A stretch of 64,000 nucleotides of DNA from Rhizobiaceae bacterium (GCA_039808465.1 JBDHTA010000001.1:1578-65577); one strand, 5' to 3'; shown: positions 28,834 to 38,214, numbered from the stretch's first letter. The notes: generated by a model not told the origin, from the letters alone. Made by a program: numbers and translations.

Positions 28834-29154
28834 ATGAAAAAGATGGCCTTGGCAATGGCCTTTGCCCTGACTTCCACGTTCGCCATGGCGCAGACCGCCA
28901 CGACGCCTCCGGCCACCGAAAACGGAGACACCCCGGCGGTCGCGACCCCCGACGACACCAACCCGACCGCGCCGGTGGCGGGCAAGAACAGTTTTACCGA
29001 AAATCAGGCGAAGGAAAGGCTTGAGGAAGCCGGATATTCCGGCGTGACCGGCCTGACGCTGGATGCGAACGGCGTCTGGCGCGGCAAGGCCACGAAGGGC
29101 GGCGCTGAAACCGATGTCGGCCTCGATTACCAGGGCAACATCGTCACCAACTGA
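28834..29154 (+). CDS. Small secreted PepSY-like protein
   Basis: Signal peptide MKKMALAMAFALTSTFAMA, a Pro/Thr linker, then FTENQAKERLEEAGYSGVTGLTLDANGVWRGKATKGGAETDVGLDYQGNIV (PepSY-like pattern). SD GAAAGGA. Confidence 0.7.
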   Translation: MKKMALAMAFALTSTFAMAQTATTPPATENGDTPAVATPDDTNPTAPVAGKNSFTENQAKERLEEAGYSGVTGLTLDANGVWRGKATKGGAETDVGLDYQGNIVTN

Positions 29155-29178
29155 TTTCAACTTGCAGGAGGACGTTCC

Positions 29179-29784
29179 ATGCGCACCATTTCCGGACTTT
29201 TCGACAGCCATGCCGATGCGCGCCGCGCCGTCAGCGCGCTCGAGGAGGCTGGCATTCCCTCGCGGGATATCAGCATCGTTTCCAACAAGACCGGCCCGGA
29301 TGGCGCCGTCGAGGGTGAAAGCCTCGCCGGTGAAGGCGCCGGCACCGGCGCCGGGATCGGCGCCGTGGCGGGCGGCGGGCTCGGCCTGCTGACCGGCCTC
29401 GGCATCATGGCCATTCCCGGCGTCGGCCCGGTCGTCGCCGCCGGATGGCTGGCGGCAACGGCGGCGGGCGCGGTGGCGGGCGCCATCGCGGGCGGCGCCG
29501 CGGGCGGGCTGATCGGCTCGCTGATGGATGCGGGCGTGCCCGAAGAACACGCCCATGTCTATGCCGAGGGCGTGCGCCGGGGCGGCAGCCTCGTGGTTGC
29601 ACGCGTCGATGACGACCGCCTCGACGCCGCCCAGGCGATCCTCAGCCAGTCGCGCCCCGTCGACCCCGCCGAGCGCCGCCGTCTGTACGAGGAAGCGGGC
29701 TGGACGCGCTTCGACGACACGCTCGATCCCTATACGCCGGAGGAAATCGAGGCGGAGCGCCTGCGTTACCGTAACCTGCCGTAA
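29179..29784 (+). CDS. YflT/general-stress-protein-17M-like protein with central glycine-zipper membrane segment
   Basis: N-terminus ISGLFDSHADARRAVSALEEAGIPSRDISIVS (YflT-like) and a Gly/Ala-rich hydrophobic core GAGIGAVAGGGLGLLTGLGIMAIPGVGPVVAAGWLAATAAGAVAGAIAGGAAGGLIG. SD AGGAGGA. Confidence 0.7.
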   Translation: MRTISGLFDSHADARRAVSALEEAGIPSRDISIVSNKTGPDGAVEGESLAGEGAGTGAGIGAVAGGGLGLLTGLGIMAIPGVGPVVAAGWLAATAAGAVAGAIAGGAAGGLIGSLMDAGVPEEHAHVYAEGVRRGGSLVVARVDDDRLDAAQAILSQSRPVDPAERRRLYEEAGWTRFDDTLDPYTPEEIEAERLRYRNLP

Positions 29785-29788
29785 GCAG

Positions 29789-29948
29789 CAGGTAAAAACC
29801 CCCTCTGCCTTCCGGCATCTCCCCCACAAGGGGGGAGAAAGCAACAGGCTTGCTTTTCCGGTCTCTTGGGCCATCAAGGGTGCCGCAGTTCAAGTCCCTC
29901 CCCCTTGTGGGGAGGGATTTAGGGAGGGGTCTTTACCTCATATGCGAT
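29789..29948 (+). repeat. Mosaic nested-palindrome intergenic repeat (RIME/REP/MITE-like), full copy
   Basis: aaaaccccctctgcc..ggcaTCTCCCCCacaagGGGGGAGAaagc..gcttgcttttccgg..ggtgccgcag..gTCCCTCCCCcttgtGGGGAGGGAtttagggaggggtctttacctcatatgcgat. Near-identical copies occur at 32065-32222 and 41747-41908. Confidence 0.85.
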
Positions 29949-29971
29949 AGCCCTGCGTAAACAGGGTCAGA

Positions 29972-31825
29972 TCAGCGCTCATGAGCCTGAATGACGGCGA
30001 GGAAGGCGTCGCCGTAGCGTTCCAGCTTCGACTGGCCGACGCCGGAAATGCCGAGCAGCGCCTCGCGGCTTGCCGGGCGCTCGGTGGCAAACGCGATCAG
30101 CGTCGTATCGGGAAACACCACATAGGGCGGCACCGACAGCGCCTTGGCGATTTCCATGCGCCGGGCCCGCAGCGCTTCGAACAGCGCCATATCCCCGCCC
30201 TCCAGCGCGGTTTTCGCTTTCGTGGCGGCGGCGGAGGCGCTACGCGCCGCCTTGCCCTTGGTCGGCCGGTCGTGGCGGAAGCGCACCTCCTGCTCGCGCT
30301 TGAAGACGGCGCGTGCTTCCGGCTCCAGCTTCAGCGCCCCGAAGGCGTCGTGATCGACGCGGATATAGCCCGCCGCCAGCAATTGCCGGTAAACGGATTG
30401 CCATGTCCTTGCCGGAAGATCGCGCCCCGCGCCGAACACCGGCATCTCCACATGGCCGAAGCGTTCGGTCTTCTCGTTCGCATTGCCCAGCAGCACGTCG
30501 ATCAGGTGCCCGGCGCCAAAGCGTTCGCCGGTGCGATAGACCGCCGCCAGCGCCTTGATCGCCGCATCGGTGCCGTCCCATGTCTCCACCGGCTTCAGGC
30601 AGGTGTCGCAATTGCCGCAATGGCCGGGATGCGCCTCGCCGAAATGGGCAAGCAGCGCCTGCCTGCGGCAGCCCGGCGTTTCGCAGATGGCCAGCAGCGC
30701 GTTCAGCTTGGCGCGCTCGATGCGCTTGATATCGCCGGTGGAGCCGCCGCCCTCGATCATCCGGCCGCGCTGGATGACATCGGCCATGCCATAGGCCATC
30801 CACACTTCGGAGGGCAGACCGTCGCGCCCGGCGCGGCCGGTTTCCTGATAATAGGCTTCCACCGAGCCCGGCAGGTCGAGATGGGCGACATAGCGCACGT
30901 TCGGCTTGTCGATGCCCATGCCGAAGGCGACAGTGGCGACGAGGCACAGCTCCTCTTCCTTGAGGAAGGCGTCCTGATTGGCGTCGCGCGTCTCGCGCTC
31001 CATGCCCGCGTGATAGGCAAGCGCCCGGATGCCCTGATCGTTCAGCCAGCCGGCGGTTTCCTCCACCTTGGCGCGGGAAAGGCAATAGACGATGCCGCTC
31101 GACCCCTTGTGCCGCGACAGGAAGCGCAGAAGCTGCTGGCGCGGCTGGTCGCGCTCGACGATTTCGTAGGTGATGTTGGGCCGGTCGAAGGAGGTGGTGA
31201 ACACCTTGGCCGAATGCAGCCCCAGCCGGTCGATGATATCCTCGCGGGTATGCGGATCGGCGGTCGCCGTCAGCGCCATGCGCGGCACGCCGGGAAAGCT
31301 TTCGGCCAGTTGGTCCAGCATCCGGTATTCCGGGCGGAAATCATGGCCCCATTGCGAGACGCAATGCGCCTCGTCGATGGCGAACAGGGCGACCTGCGCC
31401 TCGCCGATCAGCTCGCGGAAGGCAGGGGTGACGATGCGCTCCGGCGTCACATAGAGAAGATCGAGCGCGCCTTGCGACAGCGCCCGGCGCATGCCGATGT
31501 AATCCTCACGGCTCTGGGCGGAATTCAGCGCGGCGGCATTGACGCCGAGCTGCTTCATCGCCTCCACCTGATCGCGCATCAGGGCAATCAGCGGCGACAC
31601 CACGATGCCGACGCCCGGGCGGCAGAGCGCCGGGATCTGGTAGCACAGCGATTTGCCCGCGCCCGTGGGAAACAGCACGACGGCATCGCCGCCGCCGATC
31701 ACCTGCTCCACCACCTCCGCCTGCCGCCCCCGGAAGGACGGGTAGCCATAGACCCGTTTGAGGATATCGAGGGGATTGGCGGCGGCCTTGCGGCCAAAGG
31801 CGGGAGAAGAGGTGTTTGCGGGCAT
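29972..31825 (-). CDS. recQ: ATP-dependent DNA helicase RecQ
   Basis: 617 aa: [14 protein letters not shown], Walker [33 protein letters not shown], a Zn-binding Cys cluster ([12 protein letters not shown]...CGNCDTC) and a C-terminal HRDC-like region. Confidence 0.95.
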   Translation of the reverse strand: MPANTSSPAFGRKAAANPLDILKRVYGYPSFRGRQAEVVEQVIGGGDAVVLFPTGAGKSLCYQIPALCRPGVGIVVSPLIALMRDQVEAMKQLGVNAAALNSAQSREDYIGMRRALSQGALDLLYVTPERIVTPAFRELIGEAQVALFAIDEAHCVSQWGHDFRPEYRMLDQLAESFPGVPRMALTATADPHTREDIIDRLGLHSAKVFTTSFDRPNITYEIVERDQPRQQLLRFLSRHKGSSGIVYCLSRAKVEETAGWLNDQGIRALAYHAGMERETRDANQDAFLKEEELCLVATVAFGMGIDKPNVRYVAHLDLPGSVEAYYQETGRAGRDGLPSEVWMAYGMADVIQRGRMIEGGGSTGDIKRIERAKLNALLAICETPGCRRQALLAHFGEAHPGHCGNCDTCLKPVETWDGTDAAIKALAAVYRTGERFGAGHLIDVLLGNANEKTERFGHVEMPVFGAGRDLPARTWQSVYRQLLAAGYIRVDHDAFGALKLEPEARAVFKREQEVRFRHDRPTKGKAARSASAAATKAKTALEGGDMALFEALRARRMEIAKALSVPPYVVFPDTTLIAFATERPASREALLGISGVGQSKLERYGDAFLAVIQAHER

Positions 31826-31940
31826 CGACTCGAAGGACTTTCATGGAAGACATTGCCAGTATGACATGAAATTTCCACGTTCGGCGACCCCTTGGATACC
31901 CGGAAGGGGGATTTCGCTTTCTTGATCGGCGTGGTGCCCG

Positions 31941-31998
31941 GCCCCTCATCCGCCTGCCAGCACCTTCTCCCCGCAAGCGGGGAGAAGGGATATGACGC
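31941..31998 (+). repeat. Repeat module with perfect 26-nt palindrome CCTTCTCCCCGCAAGCGGGGAGAAGG
   Basis: gcccctcatccgcctgccagcaCCTTCTCCCCGCAAGCGGGGAGAAGGgatatgacgc. The same module occurs at 41647-41708, and a degenerate solo hairpin at 10270-10295. Confidence 0.8.
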
Positions 31999-32064
31999 AT
32001 CGTCTTCCTCAACCAATATCCGTGCGCGGGCAAGTCCCCTTCCCCGCTGGCGGCAGGGCAGTCG

Positions 32065-32222
32065 CATATGGAAAACCCCCTCTGCCTGCCGGCATCTCCC
32101 CCACAAGGGGGGAGAAAGCAGGACGCTTGCTTTTCCGGCCTTTTGGGCCATCGAGGGTGCCGCAGGTTAAGTCCCTCCCCCTTGTGGGGAGGGATTTAGG
32201 GAGGGGTCTTTGAGCATATACG
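32065..32222 (+). repeat. Mosaic nested-palindrome intergenic repeat, full copy
   Basis: catatggaaaaccccctctgcctgccggcatctcccccacaaggggggagaaagc...gtccctcccccttgtggggagggatttagggaggggtctttgagcatatacg. Confidence 0.85.
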
Positions 32223-32278
32223 ATCCCCCTGCCGCTGGCGGAGAAGGGATAAGGAGCCGGGCACCTTATCCGCTTGAT

Positions 32279-33439
32279 CTACCCCGCCTCAAACACCGTC
32301 TCGCCCGCAATCCATGTGCTCTTCATCGCCAACCCCTCATCCAGCAGCACGAAATCCGCCGCCAGCCCCGGTTGCAGCCGTCCGCGCCTGTCCGCGATGC
32401 GGGCGGCTTCGGCTGGATAGGCCGTTGCCATGCGCAACGCTTCCTCCAGCGGCAGCCCCAGCCGCTCATGCGCGAAGCGGATGGAGGAGAGCATGTCGAT
32501 ATCCGCGCCCGCCAGCGTGCCGTCGGCCAGCGTCAGGCGGCCGCCATGGCGCAGGATGCAGCGGCCGTTGAGGGTGAAGCCGGGCAGATCGGTGCCGATG
32601 GTCGACATGGCGTCGGTAACGAGGAATATTTTCCCCGGCCCCCGCTTGGCGCGCAACGCAATCGCGATTGCGGCGGGCTCGACATGGAAACCGTCGGCGA
32701 TCAGACCGGCATGGAGCCCCGCCGTTTCCAGCGCCGCCCCCACCAGCCCCGGCTCGCGATGGCCGAGCGGGCTCATGGCGTTGTAGAGATGGGTGACGGC
32801 GCGCGCGCCCGCCCCGGCATAGGCGGTTGCCGCCGCGTAACCGGCATCGGTATGGCCGAGGCTGACGATGACGCCCGCCTTCGCCAGCGCCGCCGCCTGC
32901 TCGATGGTGACGTTTTCCGGGGCGATGGTCGTCATGAAGGCTTCGAAGGCACCGGCGCAGGCGAGAAGCCGCGCCAGATCCTCTTCCTCCATCGGGCGGA
33001 TCAGCGCGGGATCATGCGCGCCCTTGCGGGCGATGGAGAGATGCGGGCCCTCCAGATGCAGGCCGATAAAGCCCGGCACCTTGTCCGCCGCCGCCTGCCT
33101 GCCCGCCGCGACCGCCGCCGCGGTGATATCAGGCGTATCGGTGATCAGCGTCGGCAACAGCGCCGTGGTGCCGAAACGGGCATGAGCGGCGCAGATCGTC
33201 CGGATGGCGTCCGTGGAGGGCGCGTCGTTCAGCATCACGCCGCCGCCGCCATTCACCTGAAGATCGATGAAGCCCGGCACGAGAATGCCGCCGCCTGCTT
33301 CGATGCGTTGCGCATCCGCCGGAATATCATCCGGCGAAACCACGGCATCGATCCGCCCGCCCGTCAGCAGCAGCGCCCTGTTCTCATGCCACGCATCGCC
33401 ATCGAAGATGCGCGCGCCCAAAACGGCTTTGGCGGTCAT
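32279..33439 (-). CDS. nagA: N-acetylglucosamine-6-phosphate deacetylase
   Basis: 386 aa from MTAKAVLGARIFDG...: ILVPGFIDLQVNGGGG, GLHLEGP, SLGHTDA. The start overlaps the upstream stop (ATGA 33436-33439). The track ORF is over-extended. Confidence 0.9.
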   Translation of the reverse strand: MTAKAVLGARIFDGDAWHENRALLLTGGRIDAVVSPDDIPADAQRIEAGGGILVPGFIDLQVNGGGGVMLNDAPSTDAIRTICAAHARFGTTALLPTLITDTPDITAAAVAAGRQAAADKVPGFIGLHLEGPHLSIARKGAHDPALIRPMEEEDLARLLACAGAFEAFMTTIAPENVTIEQAAALAKAGVIVSLGHTDAGYAAATAYAGAGARAVTHLYNAMSPLGHREPGLVGAALETAGLHAGLIADGFHVEPAAIAIALRAKRGPGKIFLVTDAMSTIGTDLPGFTLNGRCILRHGGRLTLADGTLAGADIDMLSSIRFAHERLGLPLEEALRMATAYPAEAARIADRRGRLQPGLAADFVLLDEGLAMKSTWIAGETVFEAG

Positions 33440-34467
33440 CGGGTTTCCGTCACCTTTTTCAAGGCCGCGGGCTTGTCCGGGTTGAAGCCGCGTGAGCGCG
33501 ACCAGGATTCGACGAAACCGTAGAACGGCAGGATAAGGGCAAGCGCATCGGTGAGCGGATGGCCGGTGGCGACGTATGGCAGCGGCCGCGCCTTCTCCAC
33601 CTTGGCGGAAGTGGCGAAGACCAGCCCGCCCTTGTCGGCCAGCGAATCGGCGATGCCTGCCACGGAATCCTCGGCGGCATCGCGCACGGCGAAGGAAATC
33701 ACCGGGAAGGAGGAGTTGACCAGCGCCACCGGCCCATGCAGCACCTCGGCGGCGGAATAGGCTTCCGCATGCACCTCGGAGGTTTCCTTGAATTTCAGCG
33801 CCGCTTCCGCCGCGATCGCAAGGCCGGGGCCGCGCCCGAGCATGTAGAGCGAGCCGGTATCGCCGCCGAGCGCCAGCGCCAGCTCGTCCCATTCCAGCGC
33901 GACGGCCTTTTCGAAATGCTCCGGCAGGCTGGCGACGGCGCGGCGCAAGCCGTCGTCATCGGTCCATTCGGCAAGCAGCGCCAGCCCCGCCACCACCGAG
34001 TTGACGAAGGATTTCGTGGCCGCCACCGCCAGTTCCGGCCCGGCCTGGATATCGAGCGGATGGGTGCAGGCCTCCGCCATCGGCGAGGGCAGCGTGTTGG
34101 TAAGCCCGATGGTCACCGCCCCGGATTTCGTCGCGGCCTCCGCCATCGAGACGATATCGGGGCTCTTGCCGGATTGGGAAATGGCGATCGCCGCGCCGGT
34201 GTCCAGCCTCAGCGTCCTGCCGTAGATCGAGGCAAGCGACGGCCCGACCGAGGCGACCGGACGGCCCGCCTGCAATTCGGTGGCATATTTGATGAAGAGG
34301 GCGGCGTGATCGGAGGAGCCGCGCGCGATGGTGGCGAGAAAGGCCGGATCGCGTTCGCGCAACGCCCGGCCCGCCGCTGAAATCGCAGCCCCCGAACGCT
34401 CCAGCAGGCGGGCGGCCGCCTCGGGGATTTCATCGATCTCACGGCGCATATGCGTTTGTATCGTCAT
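33436..34467 (-). CDS. SIS-domain glucosamine-6-phosphate deaminase/isomerase (NagB-II/GlmS C-terminal-like)
   Basis: 343 aa from MTIQTHMRREIDEIPEAA..., two SIS domains (ARGSSDHAAL..., ISQSGKSPD, LGRGPGLAIAAEAALKFKE). Start moved to ATG 34467. Confidence 0.85.
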   Translation of the reverse strand: MTIQTHMRREIDEIPEAAARLLERSGAAISAAGRALRERDPAFLATIARGSSDHAALFIKYATELQAGRPVASVGPSLASIYGRTLRLDTGAAIAISQSGKSPDIVSMAEAATKSGAVTIGLTNTLPSPMAEACTHPLDIQAGPELAVAATKSFVNSVVAGLALLAEWTDDDGLRRAVASLPEHFEKAVALEWDELALALGGDTGSLYMLGRGPGLAIAAEAALKFKETSEVHAEAYSAAEVLHGPVALVNSSFPVISFAVRDAAEDSVAGIADSLADKGGLVFATSAKVEKARPLPYVATGHPLTDALALILPFYGFVESWSRSRGFNPDKPAALKKVTETR

Positions 34468-34827
34468 GGTCTTCCACTTGCGGTCAGGCGCCGCCCGGCA
34501 CCCGTCATGCAACGGGCGCGGGCTGGCGTTCCGGATTCCATTCGCTAGCCATACCGCAGGATCGGGCGGCAGGCGACCATGTGATGCAAACTTTTGATCG
34601 CGGCTTGCGGATCCGCGCCCGGCGGAGCGGCTACTCCCCGGCCTGCGCGAGATATCTGTCGAGCCGCCCCTTGTTCTGGAACATGCGCTTCGCATGGCCG
34701 GGGGCCTTTGGCATCGGTCAGCCGTTCCACCGCGACGCGATAGAGCGGGCCGATGATTTCGGGCATGAAGGAAACAACCTGAAATATGCGGGCAGGCATC
34801 CCGCGCCTTGGCCAGTGAGCTATGATC

Positions 34828-37800
34828 TCAGGCCTTGCGCGCCTTTCCGGAATAGGCCGCACGCCAGTTCGCGAGGTTTGCCGCCTTGACCGGCCCATAG
34901 CCGCGCACATCCAGAACCGCGCCCGCCTCTTTCGCCGCCTCCGCCAGCCCGTCCGGCGTGAGCTGCGTCAGAAGCGTTTCCATCCGCCCGAGATAGTCTT
35001 CCCGCAAGGCGCGCTCCTCGCGGCGCTCGCTTGTGTGGCCGAAGGGATCGAAGACGGTGCCGCGCAGCCCTTTCATGGCGGCCAGCAGCCGGAAGGCGGG
35101 CCGGATCCAGCCTCCGAACGCCCGCTTCGCCGGACGTCCGGTGCGCGGATCCTCGCGGCTGAGAAGCGGCGGCGCCAGATGGAAGCGCAGCCTGTAATCG
35201 CCCTCGAATTCCTGCACGATCGAGGCAAGGAAAGCCGGATCGGCATGCATGCGGGCCACCGCATATTCATCCTTGTAGGCCATGACATGATAGGCGCCGC
35301 GCATCAGCGCCCGCAGGAAATCGTCGCCGCCCTCCCAGCCGCGCACCGTCGCGGCGGCGCGGTCGGTAAGCGCGGTGAAGCGGGCCGCATAGTTTTCATC
35401 CTGCCATTCGGTGAGGCGGCGGACGAACATCGCCCGCATCTCCTCGACCGGAGGCTCCGGCGGGGTTTGCGGCGCGGACGCAAAGGCTTCCGGCCGCAGG
35501 ACCGAAAGCCGCCCGGCGCGGAAGGCGCGCAGGTTCTGCTCCACCCCGCCGCCGTTCAGGGTGATCGCCATGGTGATGGCGTCGAGCCCGATGGGGATCA
35601 GGCCGAGTTGATAGGCGCGGCCGGTCAGCACGATATTGGCGGCGATGGCATCGCCGAAATGCCTGAGCGCAATCCCGGTCGCGTCGAGCGTATCCAGCCG
35701 CCCGGCTCCGGCCCGCCTGCGCAACTGCGCCAGAGGCAGGTCGCCATGCAGCGGCGCGGTCGGGTTGCGGACGAAATCGGCGGTGGGCGTCACATGGCGG
35801 TCGGCAACCACCCGGGTCCGCGCCGGATCGATGCTGGCAAGCGCCCGCGCCGAGGCGGCGACCACCGTATCGAAACCGAGCAGCGTATCCGTTTCGCCTG
35901 TGCCGATCCTCGGCGCATGCAGCGCCTTGCGGTTCACGGCGAGTTTCAGATGCGACATTACCGCGCCGTTCTTCTGCGCCAGCCCGGTCTGGTTCAGAAC
36001 CTGCACCGCCAGCCCGTCCAGATGCGCGGCCTGCGCCAGAATGGCCGAAACCGTGATGACCCCGGTGCCGCCGATCCCGGCGAGCAGGATGGCATGGCTG
36101 CCCTCGATCATAGCCGGGACCGGCAGCGGCATGTCGGCGTCGATCCCTTCCGGCAACGGCGCGAGATTGCGGCGGCGGCGGCCGCCCTCGATGGTCACGA
36201 AGCTCGGACAGAAGCCCTTGAGGCAACTGAGATCGGCATTGCAGGCGGACAGATTGATGCGCCGCTTGCGGCCCAGCTCTGTCTCCAGCGGCTCCACCGA
36301 AATGCAGTTGGATTGCACGGAGCAATCGCCGCAGCCTTCGCAGACCTCGGGATTGATCATCGCCATCGCCGCGGGCTTGGGAAAGCTGCCGCGCTTGCGG
36401 CGGCGGCGTTTCTCGGCGGCGCAGACCTGATCGTAGATGATGCAGGTCACGCCTCCGGCGTCGCGCAGCCGCTCCTGCTCGGCTTGCAGGAAATCGCGAT
36501 GCAGCACCCGCACCGAACGGGGCAGCCTGCCCTGCCAGACCTCGGGCTTTTCGGCGATGACCACCAGTTCGCGCACGCCCTCGGCCAGAATCTGATCGAC
36601 GGCGGCAGGCACCGTCAGTTCACCGTCATGGCGCTGGCCGCCGGTCATCGCCACGGCGTCGTTGAACAGGATCTTGTAGGTGGCGTTCACCCCGGCGGCG
36701 ATGGCGGCGCGGATCGCCAGCAGGCCCGAATGGAAATAGGTGCCGTCGCCCATATGCACGAAGACGTGCTTTTCATCGGTGAAGGGGGCGTGGCCGATCC
36801 AGTTCGCGCCCTCGCCGCCCATCTGGGTGAAGGTTTCGACATTGCGGTTCATGCTGACGGCCAGCATCGAACAGCCGATGCCCGCCGTCGCCCGGCTGCC
36901 ATCGGGCAGCTTGGTGGACACCGAATGCGGACAGCCGGAACAGAAATAGGGCTCGCGGAAGGGCATCAGCGGTTCGGGCTTCGGCGCTTCCGGCGCGGCG
37001 GCGGCGATATCCCGGCGCAGGAAGGCCGCGAGGACGCGCGCCAGACCACGCGGATCGAGCTCCGCCGTGGAGGATATCAGCGCCTCGCCCGATGGCGTCG
37101 TCTTGCCCCAGAGCCGGGGTCTTCCGCCTACGGGCCGGTTGTAGAAATGGGCGCGGATCTGGTCCTCGATGACGGGACGTTTTTCCTCGACCACCAGAAT
37201 TTCGTCCAGCCCTTCGGCAAAACTCTCCAGCGTCTCGGTGACCAGCGGCCAGACGAGCCCGATCTTGAGAAGCCGCAAGCCTGCTTCTTCGGGGCGGATC
37301 CCGGCGGCGGCGAAGGCGCCCTGAAGGTCGCGCCAGGCCTTGCCGGTGGCGATGATCCCGCGCTTTGCCCCCTGTCCCGCGCCCGAGATGCGGTCCAGCC
37401 CGTTGGCGGCCGCGAAGGCGCGCACGGCATGCAGCTTGGTTTCGAGCCGCGCCTCCTGCGCCAGCTTGTCATCCGGCCAGCGGATCGAAAGCCCGCCGGG
37501 CGGCATCTCGAAGGCGGGCAGCACGGGGCGCTTTGCCGGATCGGGCAGGTCCAGCGAGGCCGTGCATTCGACGATTTCTGTCTGACACTTGAATCCAACC
37601 CACACGCCCGCGAAGCGGCTCATCGCAAAACCCGCAAGGCCGAATTCGATATATTCCTCGACACCGGCCGGAGCGAGGATCGGCACCATGGCCGAGATCA
37701 GCACATGTTCGGACTGGTGCGGAAAGGTGGAGGACACCGCGCCGTGATCGTCGCCCATCAGCAGCAGCACGCCGCCATGCGGATGCGTGCCCGCCGCATT

Positions 37801-38214
37801 GGCGTGGCGGATCGCATCCATGGAGCGGTCGACGCCCGGCCCCTTGCCGTACCACAGGGCGAAGACGCCGTCATGGCGCGCGCCGGGCGACAGGTCGATC
37901 TGCTGGCTGCCCCACACGGCCGTCGCGGCAAGATCCTCGTTCAGCCCCGGCTGGAAGCGGATCGCATTGTCATCGAGAAAGCGGCGGGCCTTGCCCAGCT
38001 CATTGTCGAAATCGGCAAGCGGCGAGCCGCGATAGCCGGAGACGAAGCCCGCCGTCTTCAGGCCGTCGGCCTTGTCGCGGGCATATTGCTCCATCAGCAG
38101 CCGGATCAGCGCCTGCGCGCCCGAAACCAGAATGCGGCCGCTTTTCTGGCTGTAGCGGTCGCTGAGCGCGGGCCTGGCGTCCGGCGAAGTCCTTGTCCCG
38201 GTTTCCTCGCGCAT
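34828..38214 (-). CDS. Indolepyruvate ferredoxin oxidoreductase-family protein (fused alpha/beta, ~1130 aa)
   Basis: N-terminus ILVSGAQALIRLLMEQYARDKADGLKTAGFVSGYRGSPL, a TPP-binding region (FVHMGDGTYFHSG), a 4Fe-4S motif (CEGCGDCSVQSNC), and a C-terminal gamma-like domain. Confidence 0.9.
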   Translation of the reverse strand: MREETGTRTSPDARPALSDRYSQKSGRILVSGAQALIRLLMEQYARDKADGLKTAGFVSGYRGSPLADFDNELGKARRFLDDNAIRFQPGLNEDLAATAVWGSQQIDLSPGARHDGVFALWYGKGPGVDRSMDAIRHANAAGTHPHGGVLLLMGDDHGAVSSTFPHQSEHVLISAMVPILAPAGVEEYIEFGLAGFAMSRFAGVWVGFKCQTEIVECTASLDLPDPAKRPVLPAFEMPPGGLSIRWPDDKLAQEARLETKLHAVRAFAAANGLDRISGAGQGAKRGIIATGKAWRDLQGAFAAAGIRPEEAGLRLLKIGLVWPLVTETLESFAEGLDEILVVEEKRPVIEDQIRAHFYNRPVGGRPRLWGKTTPSGEALISSTAELDPRGLARVLAAFLRRDIAAAAPEAPKPEPLMPFREPYFCSGCPHSVSTKLPDGSRATAGIGCSMLAVSMNRNVETFTQMGGEGANWIGHAPFTDEKHVFVHMGDGTYFHSGLLAIRAAIAAGVNATYKILFNDAVAMTGGQRHDGELTVPAAVDQILAEGVRELVVIAEKPEVWQGRLPRSVRVLHRDFLQAEQERLRDAGGVTCIIYDQVCAAEKRRRRKRGSFPKPAAMAMINPEVCEGCGDCSVQSNCISVEPLETELGRKRRINLSACNADLSCLKGFCPSFVTIEGGRRRRNLAPLPEGIDADMPLPVPAMIEGSHAILLAGIGGTGVITVSAILAQAAHLDGLAVQVLNQTGLAQKNGAVMSHLKLAVNRKALHAPRIGTGETDTLLGFDTVVAASARALASIDPARTRVVADRHVTPTADFVRNPTAPLHGDLPLAQLRRRAGAGRLDTLDATGIALRHFGDAIAANIVLTGRAYQLGLIPIGLDAITMAITLNGGGVEQNLRAFRAGRLSVLRPEAFASAPQTPPEPPVEEMRAMFVRRLTEWQDENYAARFTALTDRAAATVRGWEGGDDFLRALMRGAYHVMAYKDEYAVARMHADPAFLASIVQEFEGDYRLRFHLAPPLLSREDPRTGRPAKRAFGGWIRPAFRLLAAMKGLRGTVFDPFGHTSERREERALREDYLGRMETLLTQLTPDGLAEAAKEAGAVLDVRGYGPVKAANLANWRAAYSGKARKA

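Noticed and set aside
29528-29950. Small ORFs crossing the mosaic repeats (for example 29528..29950, 31892..32170, 31699..32151, 41614..41805, 20589..20915), which give similar peptides (…HLPHKGGE…, …PLVGEMP.GRGG…)
   Set aside because: The similarity is at the DNA-repeat level in both orientations. These ORFs have no SD or start context, and they overlap real gene ends or intergenic hairpins. They are translation artefacts of a non-coding repeat.
34545-34910. ORFs 34545..34910(-) and 34581..34889(+) in the gap upstream of the nag genes
   Set aside because: They have no SD. Their products are Arg/Pro-rich with no recognisable fold, and one runs into the 3' end of the neighbouring gene. They are kept only as a low-interest note on the gap.
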